Source of the DNA: Callorhinchus milii
Taxonomy: Eukaryota
Direction: 5' to 3'
DNA length: 64,000 nucleotides
Assembly (NCBI RefSeq): GCF_018977255.1
Contig: NW_024704743.1
Coordinates: 99,388,001-99,452,000 of the forward strand
Positions 51,563 to 62,899 of this stretch are shown here, in pieces. Position 1 is the stretch's first letter; every line of letters starts with the position of its first letter. A program made the position numbers and the translations under genes. The notes beneath the pieces are model-generated. The model saw only the letters and a list, made by a program, of their open reading frames with translations, did not search any database and was not told the DNA's origin.

Positions 51563-51783
51563 TTCATTTAAAAAGCAGCTAGATGCTGTGATGAGAGGAC
51601 CGTAGTGCTCTGAGCGCTATGAGACGCTCTGAGCACTCTTTTTAGTGCTCTGAGACGCTATCCAGCGTGGAGGGTGCTATATAAGTGCAAGTTGTTGTTG
51701 TAGTAGTGTGGGTATTCTAGAGAGATGAGATCAGATGGGCAGAAGGATCTTCTTCACCTGCACCAATCTTGTGATCTTGTGAT
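51563..51783 (+). mobile_element. CR1 3' end (TCTTGTGA repeats) carrying a rearranged L2 tail insert (about 51603-51702)
   Basis: TTCATTTAAAAAGCAGCTAGATGCTGTGATG...ATGGGCAGAAGG...TCTTGTGATCTTGTGA; related ends at 7600-7701, 18737-18830 and 25345-25400. Confidence 0.75.
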
Positions 51784-52277
51784 ATTGAGGTCCATGTCAA
51801 CCTGTTCAGGTGGATGTTCCAGAACCCATGGGACTATTCAAAAAGAGAAGGGAGTTTTGCCTGGTACCCTGCCCAACAAAGCCTGTTGGGGACATTGCTG
51901 TGCACAAAATGGCTACTCATTCGCCCACAAATACACAATCTTTTCTGTTTGTGGGATGTTGCTGTGTACAAATTAACTACTGATTTGTCTACAACATACA
52001 CAGTCACTACACATTACAGTATATCCCGTGAACCAACTTTGAGATGTCCTCCTGGTGTGAGCAGCTGCTGCTCAAGTTCTGCACTTCTAACTGGAACCAT
52101 CGCTCAGTGGGAAAGAATGTGTGTCTGAGCTGTTGGCAGGAGGATGATGCCAATGCTCTCATGCATTTCATGTTGAGCTCTATTGCCCACCAGAAAGTTT
52201 GTGGGGAGTTTCTGCCATCCAACCTAGTGAGGGCTCAAACCTGCACTTGTCAGATGTCAAACAAGTGACTATCCTCT

Positions 52278-52850
52278 TTGGGGGAGGAGGTAAGCGGAGT
52301 CTCCTTGGAGAGCACTGAATGTCAACGGAATGCCAGAATTGAGCCAACCCTCTGTGATGGTCTCGGTTCCGGAGCCAGGCAGGTCCACAGTATACTAGGG
52401 CACTGCTGATGACAGCTCAGCCAGCCTTGCTCATTAACAGGACTTGGAAAGGCAGACCAGTCACTGAGGGGATGGGGGGAACAAGGATTCTTCCCACTTA
52501 AATCTCGTTAACCCTGAAAAACAAAGCCCTAATGGATAGGCTGGTCCTAGCTGGAAGACAGTGCTTTGAATGGCAAGCTATGCGGTTTTAGTTGGTTAGA
52601 CTCCAGCAGTACCCCAATGGACACACTGGAGTCCCCAAGCTTTGGCCTCTTGGCCAACTTGCGCCTCATTCTCACTGGAATTTGGTAAGCAGGATGGATC
52701 CCTCCAGGGAGGGAGTGTGCATTCCATTCCAATAAATATCTTGGGAATTTCCATGTACAGGTGGGATGCATGGAACTATTAGTTTGTTTTGGACACTTTG
52801 AAGTCTGGTGATGGATTTCCGCAAGTGTCAGATATTAGACCAAAATAAAA
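52278..52850 (-). repeat. Family U copy, longest
   Basis: Collinear in reverse with 15030-15610 and 20200-20770. Confidence 0.82.
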
Positions 52851-52977
52851 TCGTATATTGCATAAGCATTTTTAAAATTATTTTATTTTCCTGGTTTAGA
52901 CATATTTCTGTAATTCTTCAATATTATTACCAATTGCTACCTGTAACCATTTCCTTCATATTATTCCAAATATTGCA

Positions 52978-53403
52978 TGTCAGGCTGGCTCAGTGGTAAC
53001 ACTTTCACCTCTAAATCAGAAGGTTGTGGGTTCAAGCCCCATGTCAGGGACTTAGAATCACAAATTCTAGGTTGACACTCCAATGCAATGCTGGCAGTGT
53101 GTTGTATTTTTGGAGGTGTCGTCCTTTGGGTGAGTCGTTATACTGAGGATGTTAAAGATTCCGTGGCACAATTCGCAAAAAGAAGGGAGCTTCTCCTGGT
53201 GTCCTAGCTAACAATCCCCAAACAAAATTGATCACTCACTTCATAGCTTTTTGTGTGACATAGCTGTGTGCAACTGTCTGCCCCATTTTGCCTACAAAAT
53301 ACACAGTCAATCCACTTTACAGTATATCCTGTGAAGCGCTTTGAGACATCTCAATGATGTGATAAGGCACTATATCAACTGCAAGAATTATTATGATTAT
53401 TAT
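52978..53403 (+). mobile_element. Older Deu-domain SINE, full length
   Basis: TGGCTCAGTGG A box, GGGTTCAAGCCC B box, Deu core, GAAGCGCTTTGAGACATC...GCAAGAATTATT tail. Confidence 0.9.
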
Positions 53404-54659
53404 GTCTAGCACATACGTATACACATCTGTCTATTGACTTTCCCCCTGAACCACCCCGTCTGGCTGTCTGCTCTTGCTCTCAGGGTCTTTCTTAGATCTT
53501 TTTGTTATTAATTTTTTTAATTGAATTCCCTCTTTTTTGGACACGTACTCACCTTTACCCTGAACTTCAACATTTCCCATTTCCTTAGCTCATTTTATCT
53601 ACCACAACACTTTAACAGAGAATATAATGAGGCTTTGGATTGCAGTCCTCCTTGAATCAGATGACACTGTAAATTGGATATCTGGAAATAACTATACTTT
53701 TTGTTTTACCCTGACCTATGCTTAACATCTGACCACCAGTCAAATACATCACTACCTTTTCAAACAGTCCTCCTCTGCTAAATTAGCAAGATAAATGTTG
53801 TTTAAAACATTCTGACTCATAAGACACATTGTCGTAAGAGTTAGTTGAATATTTTGCTTATTTAATGAGCTAAAATACCTCCCTCGAAAGCTGCTCTGTG
53901 AAGCTGTAGTCAGTATTTGGATTCTAAATACAGTTTAATTGCTTGCAAAGCTAAGAGATGAGAGTCAGGATGACAAGGGAGAAAGGGAAACATGCAATGG
54001 AGCCATCACAAACTTGCCGAACATATTAAACTCTGGAATTCAGTGAGGGCAACGTAAAGCTGGAATCAACCCAGAACTTTCTTTGTAAAGCTAGCAAAGA
54101 AATCACAAGAAAAAATAAAGTTAGTTTAACCTTTTCTTACGGTGCAGTGAAAAATCGTTAAGGTCACATGGTGCATGGAGATACTGATGAGCAGCCCCTG
54201 ACAGATTCTAGTCTCATTTTTATCTGTCACTGACACAACTGCTCCACGATGCCTTCCTTTGTATTGATCTTTACAAAGATGTTTCCCTCATTACCTGATT
54301 CCCAGCTCAGTATCCTTCTGTTATTGTCATGCAATCTTCACATTTCTCAATGCGTGCCTGCTGTTTTGTTTCAACAAGCACAGAATCTATCTGTGTTTAA
54401 ATCCTCATGCAAGCACACATTTTAAAGGATTTACAGACAGAATATAGATAAATGTTTGAAGCCGTGGTGAAACTATTTTACTTTAGCTTTTAAAGATGCA
54501 AGGACAGGCCTGTCGCTTCCATTTTTCATTCCATGCAGTATGTAACTTCTGCTTTCCTTGTACCAAAACGTGGGCCCCATTGTATGAAATACAGTTATGG
54601 TCAACTTAAAATAAAAGTGACAGGTTCAAGGGTTGCAAGTTTGGGGTCCAATTATTTCA

Positions 54660-55045
54660 TAATAATATAATCCTTGTATTTGATATTACACCTTTACATC
54701 GCCATCAGGAAGATGTCCCAAAGCACTTCACAGGATATACTGTAAAATGATATTACTGTGTGTATTTTGTGGATGGACCCATCAATCAATTTGCACACAA
54801 CAAACAAACAGCCATGGAGTGAATGCAATTTTATTTGGGGGATTGTTGTCCAGGAAAACCGGGAGAAACTGCTTTCTCTTTTTGAATAGTGCCATGGGAT
54901 CTTTAAAGTCCACCTGGACAGGCAGCTGGGATCCTTGCTTAACGTTTCATCTGAAAAACAGCATCTCCAACAATGCAGAACATCCCAGAACTGCATTGGA
55001 ATGTCAGCATGGATTATATGAGTTCAAAGTCCCAATGTGGGACTT
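54660..55045 (-). mobile_element. Older Deu-domain SINE
   Basis: AATAGTGCCATGGGATCTTTAAAGTCCACCTG...TTAACGTTTCATCTGAA core and tail. Confidence 0.88.
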
Positions 55046-55684
55046 GCTTGTGTGACAGTCTGGCTCATTTGGTCGCAGTCTTGCCTCTGAATCAAAAGGA
55101 TGTGGTTCAAGCTTCACATAAATTCATATTGGTCATTGACTTCACTTCACTTTGATTATTTTCACCTCTTGACTGAATATTCAACAAGTCCTGGAATAAA
55201 AAAATAAAAAAATGATAATAATAATCATAATCTTTGCATTTGGTATAACGTCTTACCATGTCATCAAAATATCTCAAAGTGCCTCACAGGATTTAGTATA
55301 GAATGTAGTAACTGTGTGTATGCAAACGTATACTCAAGTGTAATTTTATTTGATATCAGCAGATATCTGACTTTGTATTGGAATGTATGTCAAACATTAA
55401 ATTCAAGCAGGGTATTGGAATAATACAGCATTTGTACTAAGTGGGCAAGTACAATCATTTGTCACAAAACAAATATCAGGGGAATTGGTAACTGTTAAGG
55501 AATAAACCATTGAACTATGAGGTTTCCAATTTCTGGTAACATGCATAATTTATAATCCTTCTCTCTGGTACTTGTAGTTAAGGTCTATTAACCAACCAGG
55601 AAGCTGCAAAGCCAGAGAGGTGTGTTGAGGGGGGGATGGGCAGTAGGGAAGGATGGTGTGGTGAAAAATGCTAAAGAGCAAAGA

Positions 55685-55825
55685 ATGGATTGAAGTGACC
55701 AATTTATTATTAATATTTTTGAAGGAATTATTATCCCGGAAAAGTGATTTGCCAATCGACTAACAACCGGGTTCCTACTTACTGCTAGATAAACAGGGGT
55801 ATGTGGAGTAAGGAAACTTGACCAA
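55685..55825 (-). mobile_element. Variant of the young SINE body with an extra ~63-bp internal segment
   Basis: GTGGAGTAAGGAAACTTG and GACCAATTTATTATT match the young SINE but are separated by extra sequence 55735-55797. Confidence 0.8.
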
Positions 55826-55967
55826 CATTTCTTCCTGCTGGGAATCTCAAAGCGCTTCACAGGATTTACTGTAAAGTAGACAGTGCCTGTGTATTTGTAG
55901 GTGAATGCAGCACTGCAGTATTAAAACTACTTTAATACAAAATTTTTGGCCATTCTAAACAACGACA

Positions 55968-56189
55968 TGGGAGAATTTCCACCTGGGCCTTGATTTACTC
56001 TGCTAATACACTATTTCAGAGAATCCAGAATTTGTCAAATTCTTAAATACAGTCTTTAACTTTAAAGTCCTTTTAAGGGCTACAGAAAACGGGCTTCAGA
56101 GTTAAAACTGAATTCGACAAATTCTGTACACAACAACGTAAAATGCTAGGTTAATGGAATAAATCTAGACCCAGGTGGGATTTCTACCC
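55968..56189. mobile_element. MITE family M1 copy
   Basis: GGGAGAATTTCCACCTGGG ... CCCAGGTGGGATTTCTACCC TIRs; interior similar to 7850-8075. Confidence 0.82.
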
Positions 56190-56547
56190 ACACATTTCTA
56201 GTATAAGTGGCATTCCTGTCACTAAGGAATACACTGCAGAGTCACTCCACTGCTTAGCTCTCAGAATAGTATGAGACTGAGAAGATCAGGAGTAGATTGG
56301 AACGTCTGTATAATGGTGAAGGAGAATTGAACAAATATAAAAAATGGTCAGTTACTCAAGCATTAAAGATCTTGTTATTTATCTGTAACTTTCTGAAATC
56401 ATATACCTTCCATTATGCCTTTGGCTAACATGTTTATATCTCTTGTTTCTCTGCTCCATGTAAACCACTACATTTGTCAAGGACTATAAGATGTTTTATG
56501 TGAAATGCACCACTATATGTAAAAACAAATTGTTAAAACATTTTAAA

Positions 56548-57005
56548 AGCGCACCAAACTTCGCTCCCCGATCACCCCAGTCCTTGCCAGACTGCACTGG
56601 CTGCCTGTCCCAGAGTGGATCGACTTCAAGATCACCCTTGTATTCAAATCCCTCCACTCCTCTGCACTCCCCTCCCTCTCTGACCTCCTTTCTCCTCAAA
56701 ACAGTACCCATTGCCTTCATTCCTCCGGGTTTGGCCTCCTCCTTGTCCCCCGAGTCCTCCGCTCCACCCTCGGCGGCTGTGCCTTCAGCCACTATGCCCC
56801 GAGGCTCTGGAATTCCCTTCCTCACTCCTTTCGCCTCACTCCTTCTCTTCCTATTTTCAGGTCTCTGCTGAAGATCTTTCTGTTCGACCGCGCCTTTGGT
56901 CACCTTCCTCCCCCTCCCCCTGGCTCGGTGCCGGGATCCGTTACTGTAAAGCGCTCTGAGACGCCGTCCGGAGTGGAGGGCGCTATATAAATCCAAGTTG
57001 TTGTT
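56548..57005 (+). mobile_element. L2 subfamily B 3' fragment
   Basis: Near-identical to the reverse complement of 33689-34150; stem-loop and TTG tail. Confidence 0.93.
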
Positions 57006-57109
57006 AATGTAAAAGGCTTACTGAATACACCTGCAGCATTAACCAACATTTAATCAAGGAATCATGCAGGTTTTCTCCCAGGTCTGCCAGTCCCACTCTG
57101 TAATTCTCA

Positions 57110-57470
57110 AATCCAAATCCATTCACTCTCTGGCACCTCCCTACCTCTCCGACCACTTCAATCCCCAATCCACTACCCGGCGCTTCTGCTAGACTGGCAC
57201 CGGCCTCCTACTTGTCCCTCGCACCCTCCATTCTGCCATTGGAGGTCCCACTTTCAGCCACTATGCCCCGAAACTGTGAAACGCTCTCCCTCAATCCCTC
57301 TGTCTTGCCCCTTCTCTCCTTTTTCAAATCCCGCCTGAAAACCTTCCTATTTGACCGTGCTTACCGTCACCTCCCCCACCCCCAGCTCGGAGTCCTGCTC
57401 CGCCACTGTTAAGCGCTCTGAGATGCCACTCTGCGTGGAGGGCGCCAAATAAGTGCAAGTTATTGTTGTA
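57110..57470 (+). mobile_element. L2 3' fragment
   Basis: FKSRLKTFLFDRAY peptide; AAGCGCTCTGAGA...GGAGGGCGC tail. Confidence 0.88.
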
Positions 57471-57719
57471 ACTGGTCAGTACTGAGCTTGTGGAGATGTT
57501 AACTTAGCCTTGTGGATAATTGATTGAATTGAATTGATTTTGTGAAGAGGGAGAAATTTGATCTAAAAATGTGCACTTATTCATAAATGTCGAATGACAC
57601 TCGGATTCAGTGCTCCAAGTCGTTACCCTATGTGAAATGCATTATATAAATGTAAGTTATTTTAGTGGAGAATTTAATTTGTCAACTATTAACAATCCAA
57701 TTCAAAAATAGAATACAAT

Positions 57720-58002
57720 ACAAACTTACGTTTATATAGCACCTTTCATGCCAGAAAATTCCAAGTGTTTATCAGTGCTGGCCGGCTACCCGAGCTGGGA
57801 ACCAAAGGAGGTGGGGAGAGGAAAGATGGCTGAAAGCATGGTCAAAGAGCTAGGTCTTGAGACAGACCTTGAATAAGGGAGGGTGCAAGACAGAGGGACT
57901 CCAGGATGGAGTTCCGGAGAGTGGGGGCAGATAGGCTAAAAGCTCACTTGCTGCTCATGGGGAGGATAAGGCGGGGGACATGAAGCAGGCCAGTGCCTGC
58001 TG
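57720..58002 (-). mobile_element. Degenerate L2 3' end
   Basis: TTTATATAGCACCTTTCA...GGTCTTGAGACAGACCTTGAA...GGATGGAGTTCC. Confidence 0.75.
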
Positions 58003-58182
58003 AAGATTGGTGCTTGCTAACTCTCTAATCTTACGCTGATAATAATACTCCAACCTTTCAAAAATACTCTAATCTGTTCTCTATTCCACAATATTCCACT
58101 TGTTTCTCCACTCTTTTGTAACTACCCCCACAAACTCCCATTTGGTCACTTAACATTGCCAGGTTGGTCAGTAGGTGTTTGG

Positions 58183-58402
58183 CATAAGAACATACAAAAT
58201 GCTAGATGAAAAAAGTCATGGTTCATCTAGTTCGCCTTCCACCTTCCTGGTGGTTACATGCACGTATGTCCCAAACTACCTATGTATTATATCCCATAAT
58301 GTTATTTCCTAAAAGAAAACTATCTAATCTGTGTTTGAAAGAATCAACACTTCCTGCTTCAACCGTCTCCCAAGGGAGCCTGTTCCACAGGCTTGATGCC
58401 CA
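58183..58402 (-). mobile_element. CR1 3' end
   Basis: CATAAGAACATA tail; minus-strand LWNRLPWETVEAGSVDSFKHRLDSFL. Confidence 0.85.
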
Positions 58403-59762
58403 CTCTGACCTAATGTGGTTTATCCTCACTGCAGAGAACAGATACAGTGTTCTCCTTTCACAAAGCAGGCGTGTTGGGACCTCCGAGTAACATTTCACTG
58501 CACGAGGAAACATCAGGGAAGCTGAATGTCTTTTTAAGTGGCAGATTTCAAAGGATGTGGTGGAATGTATCAGACACGTTGCAAGGAGCAGATGTCTAAA
58601 GTCAATAAACATTAACATGAACAATAGCAGACTTGTCAGTGAAATAAAGCTGGTAAATGAATAACACCAACAAGGAAGAAATTTAAAATAGACAAATGAC
58701 AACTTACAATCGTTCAGTTGTTGCTGGACAAATCTCAATGAGGAAGAACTATTATCAGTAAGGTTCGGTAGGGAATTGTGTGGTGTTAGCACTGCATCCA
58801 TTCAACTTTGGATCCTCAGTTAAAATCCTGCCGATACCGATTAGATTAAAGTCTCTTTTCTCTGTCAGCTCCGAGAAACTTTAATTTAAATACATTTGGT
58901 TACATTTCATCTCATGTTGAAGTATTTACAGGGCCAAGGAAACAAGTGCCCATATAACAAAATTACACAAAGGCAGTGCTGCTGTTAAACTTATATAAAT
59001 TGCACTATAGAATAACCAACAAGAACTGATTTACGTTTAATGTCGTGCCATTACGCTTGCATGGCCTCAAACTAAATTAGTATCACTGAACTGATGGTCT
59101 TTGCTGAGACAGGAACATAAAAGCCTATTCAGTGCAAGAGGGAGGTATTTTCTGTCCAAAGTCTGTCCAAAGTTGATTTAAAAATACACGGTCTCAGAAT
59201 ACAGAGACATTCCTCACCTTAATGTGTACCAAATTATATTTCACACCATGGCTGTTTGTGAGGCATTACTCTGCTAATATTGACTGCAACATCTGTCCAC
59301 AAAAATACAGAGTCACACCACTTTATAGTATATCCTGTGAAGCACTTTCAGGTGTCTCAACGACATGATAAGACACTATATTCAAATACATTTTATGATT
59401 GAGAGGCCTTTAATAATAATAATAATAATCCTTGCATTTGATATAGCGCTTTTCACGTCGGGGGGACGTCCCTTTGTATTTGCTCAGGTAGAATTTTAGA
59501 TTTCCTGCTGACTATATTGTTTATACTGTACATGCTTGTAAGAACGGGAGATAGACATCTACTGTTTTATCTGAACAAACAAGAGGCTGTGCAAAATCAC
59601 TTGGCTATTGTAACAGTATTTACAGCTCATTTGCATGCTTTCCAAATGCTCTGAAAGTGAACAGATGTGAGAAAATCTGGAGGTAGGGAAAATAAATCTG
59701 TATAATTTGCCTTTGGAAGTAGAGATGTGCATAAACTGATGGGAACTTTATAACATAACACA

Positions 59763-59987
59763 AGCCTTAAATTTCACTCAATCTTAGGCTGTAAGACTAT
59801 TTTGCCTTAATATTTAAGAAGCCATAGAATTGTAGAAAATCTTAAGTTGGAAGCCGTTTTTCACATGTGTTAAAAAGAATGCTTCCAATTTAAAACTGAA
59901 TTCAAAAATTTTCCACAATTCCGTGTAATTTAAAATTTTAATACAAAGTAGTCTTAGAGGCTAAGATTAGTTGAAATTTTCAGACCT
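59763..59987. mobile_element. MITE-like palindromic element, family M2
   Basis: AAATTTCACTCAATCTTAGGCTGTAAGACTA vs TAGTCTTAGAGGCTAAGATTAGTTGAAATTT; half copies at about 31462-31540 and 60790-60878. Confidence 0.75.
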
Positions 59988-61324
59988 CAATGAGCAGTGT
60001 TTTCAACTATTGACAAATTCAAATTGATTGAGGAGAATATCAGATAAATTCTCAGGCAAATTGCTTATTTTGGTCAAATAAATCATTGAATTCATCTTCT
60101 TTTATTATTATTGGGGAAAATTGTTGCATTTATTGAAAGATGTTTGAGTAAAGGATGCCAAATGAAGTGTGTGTGTGTGAGTGGGGGGGTTGTGGGGGGT
60201 GGTAAAGAGGGGCTCTCCTATAGCTTTTCGTTCTTTAACAAGATGTTCATTGTTCATATGTCTTCAAGAGGTGAAAGACAGTCGGGCTACTGTTGTAGTT
60301 GACAGATCACGACGTATGGTGAGATATCAAAGTAGACACGAAAGGGGTTGCGACCGTCATTGGGGAAAGGAGACGTGAGTTGTCATGGTTTCAGCAGTCA
60401 GCGCTCTGCATTCTTTATCAGATTGCCAGTGAACAACAATGCAAACATGCATTGCACTGTGACAGTCTTAAGCAACATAGGCACAGTGAAATGCACACTA
60501 GGACTATTGTTTCTTCTTGTAAAAGAACAATAAAAGTTTTTAAAAAGTGTGCTATTTTTCACAAATTAATTAAAATGCATCTTTTCTTTCCCATGTAATA
60601 TATATCATAGTTCACAAGAATTGATTCATGAAGGTTTCACCTTGTCTGAGGCTTAAAATTACATCTTGTCTCAGTCTGTATGAGCATTTTACCTAAAAAT
60701 TTAAATCACACCAAATTGTTGAAAATTCCTCAATTCTGTCTTTATTTTGAGGCCAGTTCCATTTAAGAACTGTGGAAAAGTATCTTACAAATTGAAGCTA
60801 AATTTCCCACAATTCTACACAATCTTAAATTGTAAAATATGAATGTGTTAAGGCTAAGACAGAGTGAAATTTCAGGGCTTTGAATAGCCCAGTTGGCAAA
60901 ACCACTTGCAAGACAGAAATTGAGACAACAACAACAACAACAAGATTCCATTTATAAAGCGCCTTTCACGTCAGGAGGACATCCCAACTTGCAGACAGGG
61001 AGGATCGTAGGATTCAACCGTGGTCTGTGCTGAGTTCATTCACTTCAGAGAGGTGCTACAATTGGCCTTAGTGTCCCTGGTCTAGAGTTGGGAAAAATCA
61101 GGGTTCCCGCTTCTGATCCCCCTGTGTGTGATGTTAGTTTTGGGATGTCCTCCTGATGTGAAAGACGCTATACAAATGTAATCTTGTTGTTGTTGTTGTT
61201 GTTGTTTTAGAAGTAGCAGAGGATTGGTTTAGCAGTGAGGCCCTCTTTACTAGAATTAGTCTTTCACATGAAGAATGACTATTTGGCCAAGGTGCTGAAG
61301 AGCAGCTGGTGCTTATATTCCAGT

Positions 61325-62514
61325 GATTGGGAGTGGAGTCAGGAGAGCGCGGGGCGGAGCCGAGGCCTAGCTGCGGGTATAAAGCCCAGCCAGGTGAGGA
61401 GCCACTCCCCTCCAGGCTACACCTTCCACCACAAGCCCTGTCCAAACCAACGTGGCGGCGGGGTGGCCTTCATTTCCAAAGCCTCCCTTGGTCTTACCCC
61501 CTACTCCTCTGGCTGCTTCCCCTCCTTCGAGCACCTCATCTTCTTCCATCCCTCTCACCCATTGAAAATCCTCCTTGTCTACCGCCCCCCTAAGCCCCCC
61601 GGCTCCTTCCACACAGACATCTCTACTCTCTTCCCTGTCCCTCTGCTCCGAGCGCCTGCTCATAATGGGCAATTTCAACCTCCATCTAAACTCCCCTTGC
61701 ACTATTTCTGTCAACTTCACTGCCCTCCTCTCCTCCCTAAACGTCACCCTCCACATAAATTCACCCACCCACAACCGTGGCCAGGCCCTTGACCTTGTTA
61801 TCACCCATGGCCTTGACATTTTTGACCTCAGCATAGTGGACAAGGCCACCTCGGACCACTTCTTCATCTCCTTCTCTCACATCTCTCGCTCCTCCACCAA
61901 GCCCTCAACCATCCTCTATCGCCCTTGGAAAAGGCTACCCCCTGAGACCCTCACAAAGGCCCTAACATCAACAAACATCCTATCTCTCTGGCCTTCCACC
62001 CGCGGAGATCCTGAAGCAGCCATCCAGCTGCTCCATGATCGCCTCTCCTCCACCTTCAACTCCCTCGTCCCCCTGAAATCCAGGACCATCTCCAAACTCA
62101 CCCGATCCCCCTGGTACAACAACCATCTCCGCCCCCAAAAAACCCAAACCCGGCTGCTTGAGCGCAGATGGCGGAAAACTGGCCTGACAGTTCACCGCCA
62201 AATGTGGCTCGAGCATCTCCACAGCTACCGTTGTTCCTTGACACGTGCAAAAACGGCCTTCTACTCCAACATCATCTTGGAGGCTAAACACAACCCTAAA
62301 ATCCTTTTTTCCACCACCCACTACCTCCTCCGTGCCCCCCCTCAGGCCTCCTGAATCTTCATATCAAATGCCAAGTGCGAGAAGGTCATGGACTTCTTCT
62401 CATCTAAAATTCACAACATCCGCCAGGCAGCTTCATCCACCTGCCCCTTGTCACCCACCACCATACCCTCTCTGTCCCGCTCACCCTCAATCCAAGATTT
62501 TGTTGTTGTTGTTG
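61325..62514 (+). mobile_element. Composite RT-less element: GC-rich head, L2 APE-endonuclease/linker fragment, (TTG)n tail
   Basis: PPGYTFHH...RGGGVA, VYRPP, GNFN, PTH...LDLVIT, SDHF and PWY motifs over two frames (shift near 61630); no RT motifs; ends CCAAGATTTTGTTGTTGTTGTTG. Confidence 0.85.
61351..61383 (+). promoter_or_regulatory. GC box and TATA-like motif in the element head
   Basis: GGGGCGG at 61351-61357 and TATAAA at 61378-61383 in a CpG-rich stretch; function inferred only. Confidence 0.35.
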
Positions 62515-62899
62515 AAGAGTCAGCACCTTCAGGAGGAGGAGAGGGAAATTGGAACAAAATCGAGACAAAGATATTTTTCAAAATTGATTGATGTAATAAA
62601 TGCAAGTGCAAAGCGATTCCTTCAATGTTTCTGCTTCATCAATGAGACAAATGCATGACAGAAACCTCCACTGGGGCTTGCGAGCCTCAGTAAGATTATA
62701 ATATTGGCATGTGCCTTGACCTTAACATTAATCATATCCACATCATTTCATCAGTTCTCAAAGCCCATCTTTCACCATCAATTGCACAGCTGAAACTACT
62801 GTCAGTACATATTTGAAGAATGTTGCACATCTAAGAGGCAGCACGATTACTTATTGTTAACTGTCGTTAGAAAAGGAAAGTTGCAGGACTCATTTGTAC

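Noticed and set aside
58280..58801. 173-aa ORF as a host gene
   Set aside because: The C-terminus is CR1 ORF2 debris and the rest has no recognisable domain
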